The notes beneath the pieces were generated by a model. That model ran no database searches and was not told the DNA's origin. It saw only the letters and a list, made by a program, of their open reading frames with translations. This document shows, one piece after another, positions 28,029-33,177 of a stretch of DNA of 33,177 nucleotides; position 1 is the first letter of the stretch; the number at the start of each line of letters is the position of its first letter. A program made the position numbers and the translations under genes. The DNA lies in the IMG/VR virus record IMGVR_UViG_3300035686_000079. One strand, 5' to 3'. This DNA comes from an uncultured virus (IMG/VR IMGVR_UViG_3300035686_000079) (Duplodnaviria; Heunggongvirae; Uroviricota; Caudoviricetes).

Positions 28029-28237
28029 TGTTTATCCTTAAATAGTTGAATTTGTGTTGGAAGAATGTATTTGTAGAGTTATTTATTCTTCCATTACATA
28101 CTAATATAACACATATTGTATTAAATTGCTAATAAAATCACGTATTTCGCTCAAAAAACCTGATTTTTGACGTTTTTTTTTGCCAAAAATCACGAATAAA
28201 TTCGATAAAGTACAATAAATATTAATATTTTTGCTAT

Positions 28238-28257
28238 CACCGTTCGATCGAACGGTG
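28238..28257. promoter_or_regulatory. Conserved palindrome, copy 4 (perfect, 20 bp)
   Basis: CACCGTTCGATCGAACGGTG, 7 bp upstream of the ATG at 28265. Confidence 0.75.
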
Positions 28258-28264
28258 TTTTTAG

Positions 28265-29083
28265 ATGTTAGACCCGTATTTATTGGCTCAAGCACAGGTT
28301 ACAGGCTGCACGATACAAACATTATTAGCCGAAGCAGAAGTTAAGGAATATAAAGAGGATTGGCGGAAGACACCTATTTATCGTCAAGGAGGGAAATTTG
28401 CCTCCAACGATAAATCTTCTGAAGGTTCTACAGCGGAAAAGTCAGATTCAGGTAGCGCCGCTTCAAAAATGAAAGATATTGCCGATCGCACCCTCACCCC
28501 ATTAGCGAACAAAATTCAGCAGGGAGTTAAAAAAATCCCTTCAGAAACTCAGCAAAAACTAGCAGAAGCGGCGAATAATCCTGATGTTAAGAAGGCAAAA
28601 GAGGCGATCGGAGAGGCATTCCACGAATTTGACGTTGAGGCGGGGGAAGCCTTTGACAAGGTAGCTAATGCCATACAGAAAGGGCAGGAAGAAGAGCCGG
28701 AAAAACCCATAGAGTCTGGAGTGGACAAGGGAGTCAAAAAAGCCAAGCAGATCCTAGACATTGCGGCCAAAAATCCCGGACATGCCGCATTGGGCGCACT
28801 AGGAGGACTTCTCATGTGGAGCGGTGGACTTAATCAATTACAGGGAACTTTAGGATTAGCTTCATCTGCTCTTTCAGCTAATCCTCTTGCTGCTACGACT
28901 GGGCTAGCTGCCCTCGGTGTTGGAACGGGTGAAGTAGTGATAGGAAAAATGCTTTGGGATATAGGTTCTAAACCATTTACCAAAGAGATGCAGAAAGAGC
29001 AAAAGGAGGAGGTGAAAACACTGTCTGGGAAAATTGAAAAAGTTGTTTCTGGTCTACAAGCAAAAGTCCCCAAAGACAAATAA
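28265..29083 (+). CDS. Leader-family protein F: leader, charged helices, Gly/Ala-rich hydrophobic hairpin
   Basis: MLDPYLLAQAQVTG...KEYKEDWRK...RQGGKFAS leader; later AALGALGGLLMWSGG...LAALGVGTG with small-xxx-small spacing. Confidence 0.8.
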   Translation: MLDPYLLAQAQVTGCTIQTLLAEAEVKEYKEDWRKTPIYRQGGKFASNDKSSEGSTAEKSDSGSAASKMKDIADRTLTPLANKIQQGVKKIPSETQQKLAEAANNPDVKKAKEAIGEAFHEFDVEAGEAFDKVANAIQKGQEEEPEKPIESGVDKGVKKAKQILDIAAKNPGHAALGALGGLLMWSGGLNQLQGTLGLASSALSANPLAATTGLAALGVGTGEVVIGKMLWDIGSKPFTKEMQKEQKEEVKTLSGKIEKVVSGLQAKVPKDK

Positions 29084-29113
29084 TCCCTCACCAAAATTGA
29101 TTGGCAAGGGATT
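29082..29113. terminator. Imperfect hairpin between convergent genes
   Basis: AATCCCTCACCAA / TTGGCAAGGGATT between the stops at 29083 and 29118. Confidence 0.5.
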
Positions 29114-29117
29114 GTTG

Positions 29118-30734
29118 TTAACTAACGTAAAACATATAGCGGTACAGCGCTGGTTGCGCTGTCAAAGCTTGGCTAATTCTGTGACCAAGCCATTTAGACC
29201 TCTCTGTTAAGTTTTCAAGAGTTCTGATGTCGGTTTTATAGACATCGGGATCGGACTTATCCGCTTTGTCTACAATTTTTTCAAGTTCGTTCCTGAGCGA
29301 TTGCAACATCGCCAACGCGGCAAACTTGTCATCACACAAGTCGTCGTTGTCGGACTCAAATGCACAGATGCGCATGAGTTGAGATTCCAATTCAGAAAGT
29401 GCTGCATGAAGGTTGACGCAATCGTCAACCAATGTAATTTGCAGGATTTCTTCCTCACTGGAGATATCCCAGTTTTCCTTGATCGCATTTAGGTAAGCTT
29501 GGCGATCGTCTATAGGAATTCTCTCCTGTAACACTGAAACTTCCTCACGAGTTACTTCCAGTGTTGAATAATCCTCATTTTGCTCATGAAGGCAAACATC
29601 AGATTCAGGGATGAAGTATTGGTTCGCGATCATCCCCCAAAGTTCAGCACTTTGAGAAACGGATTCTTGCTCTAAGCCGAGAATCCTCAGGAAACTAGCA
29701 TTGGACTCAATGATTAATTGAGGAATGCGATAGTTGGTCACGGCGACCAGGCTAATAATCTGGTCTTTTGGATAATCTTTGATAGCGTTTAGCAACTGAA
29801 TGCCGCAGACCATCACGGAGGTACGAGCGTCTTCTACAGAGGCTTTGCTGAAACAATGTTGCCCTGCAATGCCCTCTACAATCAAACCAGCTAGTTTTTT
29901 GCGCTTGTCGATATCGCAAGCGACAAAATTAACCAGGTTTGCTGTTGGTTCTTCCAAGGCAGACTCCCCGGTGATACTTGAGATTTTCGCCACCTTCTTA
30001 ACGGCGGCTCGCAGCTCCTTCACCTTCATAGAGGTTCTGGGGAGGTAATAATCCCCAAACGCGCTACTACTTGGGTAACGGGAATCATCCCAAGAGATAC
30101 ATACGGTCAGGTCTTTAGCCTGAACGTGAACGGCTTTGTCGGAGCAGCTCAAGAAGATTTGAATGTATTTGAAATCCTCTTCATTCAGCAAATCTATTAG
30201 CTGAACCGGAAGTGAGAATTCACAATCGTATCTAATCTCGCTTACTGCACTAAAACCGCAGCAAGTCTCCATAGTTGAAGAACGAGCTGAAACTGTAGCA
30301 ATTTTACTGTTGGCACCACCTGATATAAACACCTTTGCATTTTCAGTGTGCCGAACGGTATTTGCAATTGAATCGATCGTCTGCAAAAAGATTCCACCAT
30401 CGATAGTGAAATAGAAATCCCAGTTGGGTGAAGTCCTAGCCATTTTAAGCTGTTGCCACTCCGCAGGGTATTGTATTTCATCATCGCTATCGAACCAATG
30501 ATCTGGAAACTTGGATAAATTATCGATGTCGTCCCATAGATTAAAGTCAGAAGCATTAATTAATGCTCCACAATAATCATTGGAGTCATCGACCTCAATC
30601 TTCCTTGTAATAGCCATCCCGTACTGGAGGTACGAGACAAACACAAAATTTGCACATCGCTCCAGTTTGATTGGAGTGATGCCATTGTTTTTCTGTGCGC
30701 TAGCAAGAATTTGAGACAAGTAATTTAATGACAT
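29118..30734 (-). CDS. Hypothetical protein; possible divergent beta sliding-clamp-like central region, acidic helical C-terminus
   Basis: Long ORF. The FSLP..L, YP...YYLP, ELRAAVKKV and LLNAIK segments follow the order of DnaN domain 2-3 motifs, but similarity is weak. Confidence 0.4.
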   Translation of the reverse strand: MSLNYLSQILASAQKNNGITPIKLERCANFVFVSYLQYGMAITRKIEVDDSNDYCGALINASDFNLWDDIDNLSKFPDHWFDSDDEIQYPAEWQQLKMARTSPNWDFYFTIDGGIFLQTIDSIANTVRHTENAKVFISGGANSKIATVSARSSTMETCCGFSAVSEIRYDCEFSLPVQLIDLLNEEDFKYIQIFLSCSDKAVHVQAKDLTVCISWDDSRYPSSSAFGDYYLPRTSMKVKELRAAVKKVAKISSITGESALEEPTANLVNFVACDIDKRKKLAGLIVEGIAGQHCFSKASVEDARTSVMVCGIQLLNAIKDYPKDQIISLVAVTNYRIPQLIIESNASFLRILGLEQESVSQSAELWGMIANQYFIPESDVCLHEQNEDYSTLEVTREEVSVLQERIPIDDRQAYLNAIKENWDISSEEEILQITLVDDCVNLHAALSELESQLMRICAFESDNDDLCDDKFAALAMLQSLRNELEKIVDKADKSDPDVYKTDIRTLENLTERSKWLGHRISQALTAQPALYRYMFYVS

Positions 30735-30747
30735 ATAGAAATAAATA

Positions 30748-30763
30748 GAATATGTACATATTC
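30748..30763. promoter_or_regulatory. 16-bp perfect palindrome, candidate operator
   Basis: GAATATGTACATATTC, 13 bp upstream of the start at 30734, in an AT-rich gap. Confidence 0.45.
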
Positions 30764-30800
30764 ATTGTAACAAAATATATAGGTATTTTTTCTGATTAAT

Positions 30801-32306
30801 TTATTTTTTATTTTTAACAGGAACCTTTCCAGCAGGGGCTTTCACGGGCTTTTTACCATTTTTATCAGGCAGTTGAGCAGGAGGTTTTTTACCATTGCCG
30901 TTACCATTTTCAGGCGCTATTTCTTGCTGCCCTATTTCTTCTCCCTGTTCAGGTACGGGTTGCTCTTGCTGCGTACCGGGAACTGCTTCAGGTTCGTCAT
31001 CAGTTGAAGATGAGCCGCTTTTAAACTTATCCCCACCTGGAACTGGATCGAGTCCATTCATTTCACGAGCCTCATTCTTGGTAGCAATGTCACCACCGAA
31101 TAGAACATTAGAACGATCGGCTTCATCTTTCTCTTTTTGTGGGTTTCTATCACTTAAAGCGAAGCCATAGCCTGGGTAATAAAAATCGACCGCCTTCAGT
31201 TCGAGATGCTCTGTTGTACAATCAGCAATAGGTCTAATTCCTTCTTGAAAAGACTGCTGAGAAGCGATATCGGCCGTAGAGTAGTTGGCATGATCGACAT
31301 AACCAAAATCACTTTTTAATAATCCAAACTCCAGAGCTATTAGCCCAACCATAAATTCGGCATAACCAGGATAAAGTTCTTCGTCATTTCTGGCACCAAA
31401 TTTAACGACATCAACCCCTTCAGCTCCAACAATAGGTATTATTCCATTCTGAACAACCTCGTTTTCCCAATACTCTCGGAAAGCATCGACCTCTTCTTGT
31501 TGTGCCCCTTTTAAATTGATCATGTAGTCGCGAACCGCATTTCCAACGGTTTCGTTTTGATACTCATGCAACTTCAACCAGGCGCAAACATCTTTATACG
31601 CCAACTCAACAGGACTGGGCGGTACGACTTCAAAAGAACTAGCCCTGGCTGTGATTAGGAAGGCGTTCTCATCGAACAGCGGCTTCCAGTCGTGTTCTTG
31701 CGTATTGGGTGGGCAATACCAGTAACGGGGGAACTCTTGATAGTGAGGCTCCCAGCGCGGGTCTAGCTTCACATTCTGTACGTTGACAGGCCACAGCCAA
31801 AAAGCTTGTGACTCATCATCAAGTGGCTCTTGCCGTTCTACAAGCGAGCAGCCAAAAATCAGCAAATCCCGAATGACGGCTTTAATAAATTTCGTGTACG
31901 TGTCGTGCCAACCTGCACTGGGTTGGCGAACAGCCTTTTGAATGCGCTTAACGGTGTTTTTAATGTCCTTTTCATGTAAATCTTCGTCCTCAGGGGCGGT
32001 GACGATCGTCGGCATCGCCGCAACGCCAGTACTAATCCGTTCGATCGCCCTACTGAAAATAGGAGTTCTGGAGATCGCCACCAGTTGCTGTGGAGTTAGC
32101 CTTTTCCGACCACCAGAAAGCGATCGGTTGAAATGCCCGTTTGTGTCGAAGTAACTGAGCTGGGCTGGTGCGAATCCGGGACTGATGTTGACGGGAATGG
32201 ATGTCCTAATTCCTGCGACAGGAACATTGCTCTGGCGGGTAAGCGGTACGATCGGTTTTGCTGGAGTACGAGAAGCTTTCTTTGCCATGAGCGGTGAGGC
32301 GATCAA
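30801..32306 (-). CDS. Phage portal protein (HK97-like)
   Basis: AIERISTGVAAMP, DLLIFG, SPVELA, ANYSTA and TKNEAREMNGLDPVPGGD are characteristic portal segments. The ATG at 32288 is a more likely start than the TTG at 32306. Confidence 0.9.
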   Translation of the reverse strand: MIASPLMAKKASRTPAKPIVPLTRQSNVPVAGIRTSIPVNISPGFAPAQLSYFDTNGHFNRSLSGGRKRLTPQQLVAISRTPIFSRAIERISTGVAAMPTIVTAPEDEDLHEKDIKNTVKRIQKAVRQPSAGWHDTYTKFIKAVIRDLLIFGCSLVERQEPLDDESQAFWLWPVNVQNVKLDPRWEPHYQEFPRYWYCPPNTQEHDWKPLFDENAFLITARASSFEVVPPSPVELAYKDVCAWLKLHEYQNETVGNAVRDYMINLKGAQQEEVDAFREYWENEVVQNGIIPIVGAEGVDVVKFGARNDEELYPGYAEFMVGLIALEFGLLKSDFGYVDHANYSTADIASQQSFQEGIRPIADCTTEHLELKAVDFYYPGYGFALSDRNPQKEKDEADRSNVLFGGDIATKNEAREMNGLDPVPGGDKFKSGSSSTDDEPEAVPGTQQEQPVPEQGEEIGQQEIAPENGNGNGKKPPAQLPDKNGKKPVKAPAGKVPVKNKK

Positions 32307-32350
32307 TTAGTTGCTAGCCTTGATTTTATCGCTTAGTAAGGGCTTGGTGA

Positions 32351-32815
32351 ATGAGTAGAATAATTGGCACGATCGCACAACTTCAAGGGGAACTGACTGC
32401 GATCGCGATCGAACTGGTTGCCGCATCAGTTTATGAAAAAATTGACTTCACTCCACCTGAAGGAGCAAAGAAAGCGGCTGAGCGGGGGATGGAATTGCGA
32501 TCGAAGTTTGGGAGAGGTGGGATGTCCGAGTCAGAAGCTGGCGACCAAGGAATTTGGTCGGGAGTCAAGACAGCTCGGGCATTGAGGAGTGGTAAAGCTA
32601 TTTCTCCCGAACTTGTACGACGAATGAATCGCTACTTTACCCGCCATCAGAAGGACAAGGACGCCAAGGGAAGCGATTCTGCGGGTTATTGGGGAAACCC
32701 AAGCAACCCTTCTGCTGGCTATATTGCATGGCTATTGTGGGGAGGCGATGCCGCGAACTCTTGGTCTGGGAAAGTTATAAGGCAGATGGAATCGGCGGAG
32801 GAAAAGGCAGGGTAA
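32351..32815 (+). CDS. Phage head-associated AWxLWGG-domain protein, possibly with a degenerate family leader
   Basis: PP..A..RG..R..GRGG...RM..YF.RH...GYIAWLLWGG is a pattern I recognise from unannotated phage head-region proteins. The gene is divergent from the portal. Confidence 0.7.
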   Translation: MSRIIGTIAQLQGELTAIAIELVAASVYEKIDFTPPEGAKKAAERGMELRSKFGRGGMSESEAGDQGIWSGVKTARALRSGKAISPELVRRMNRYFTRHQKDKDAKGSDSAGYWGNPSNPSAGYIAWLLWGGDAANSWSGKVIRQMESAEEKAG

Positions 32816-32834
32816 TTTACGGATTCCGTAAACG

Positions 32835-32860
32835 AAAAGCCCAGAAATCTCTGGGCTTTT
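32835..32860. terminator. Bidirectional intrinsic terminator
   Basis: AAAAGCCCAGA-AATC-TCTGGGCTTTT between convergent stops at 32815 and 32887. Confidence 0.8.
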
Positions 32861-32886
32861 GTTTGAAAAAGGGAAACTCAACCTTT

Positions 32887-33177
32887 CTAGACGACCTTTT
32901 GGTCAACCTTGGAGCAGAATCGCAAAATAGCTTCAGTCTTATTGTCTTGTTGCTGACTTTGGGCTAACAACTCAATCAGAGTATCTTCATCAAGGTATCT
33001 TAGTTGCTCAAGAATCCACGATCGAGGCTTGCCCAGCTTGTTCTTAAGGCTTTCGTAAAAAGCTATGGCTTCCGGGGATAGGGTGACATGTACTTGAACC
33101 GCATCCTTCTTTCTGGCTTCTGTCGCTTTGCGCAAAGCCTCTCTACTATTGGGGTTTTCTCCTCGTTTGGTTTGCAT
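32887..33177 (-). CDS. Putative ribbon-helix-helix (CopG-like) DNA-binding protein
   Basis: VQVHVTLSPEAIAFYESLKNKLGKPRSWILE fits strand-helix-G-x-x-RS-helix. The ATG is at the window edge, so the gene may be longer. Confidence 0.55.
   Translation of the reverse strand: MQTKRGENPNSREALRKATEARKKDAVQVHVTLSPEAIAFYESLKNKLGKPRSWILEQLRYLDEDTLIELLAQSQQQDNKTEAILRFCSKVDQKVV

Larger units (their letters stand above)
1..33177. mobile_element. Segment of a large tailed phage or prophage, probably cyanobacterial host
   Basis: Contains a tape-measure-like giant ORF, an HK97-like portal and a phage-head-associated AWxLWGG protein, with no housekeeping genes. HIP1 GCGATCGC is enriched. No integrase, att site or terminase is visible, so prophage versus free phage cannot be decided. 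Confidence 0.85.

Noticed and set aside
28058..28230. Inverted repeat TGGAAGAAT/ATTCTTCCA (28058-28093) and palindrome AAATATTAATATTT (28217-28230)
   Set aside because: Both are single, short and in very AT-rich DNA; they could be regulatory but cannot be distinguished from chance.
7141..28257. Palindromes as a CRISPR array or integron attC sites
   Set aside because: The copies are kilobases apart with no spacer periodicity, they are shorter than attC sites, and no cas or integrase gene is in the window.
28101..28295. 64-aa minus ORF sharing NTVRSNG with the tape measure protein
   Set aside because: The peptide match is the translated DNA palindrome; the ORF lies in an AT-rich promoter region and overlaps gene F.
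30748..30763. Cyanobacterial LexA box
   Set aside because: It contains only one GTAC and does not match the two-half-site RGTAC-N3-DGTWCB consensus.
32689..32967. 92-aa plus-strand ORF
   Set aside because: It overlaps two better-supported genes and runs through a terminator.

Overview
The whole window looks like part of a large tailed phage or prophage, probably of a cyanobacterium (at least 9 HIP1 octamers, GCGATCGC). It holds three main parts. First, a giant tape-measure-like protein (over 5,212 aa, open past the left edge). Second, an HK97-like portal gene near the right end. Third, between them, a family of 6-7 paralogues that share an N-terminal leader (YxLAQAQ...EYxxDWR...RxxG[QK]FA) but end in exchangeable C-terminal domains: three HExxH zincin-like peptidases, one DUF3626-like domain, one unknown AT-rich domain and one Gly-rich hydrophobic hairpin. 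Three of these genes have a small, translationally coupled gene directly downstream, and the two that follow peptidases resemble each other. I read this as a candidate phage polymorphic effector/immunity array with a shared virion-loading leader and no MuF domain that I can recognise. A 20-28 bp palindrome (CACCGTTCGNNCGAACGGTG) occurs four times, three of them at cassette borders. Product calls come from motif recognition by eye; no database search was run.
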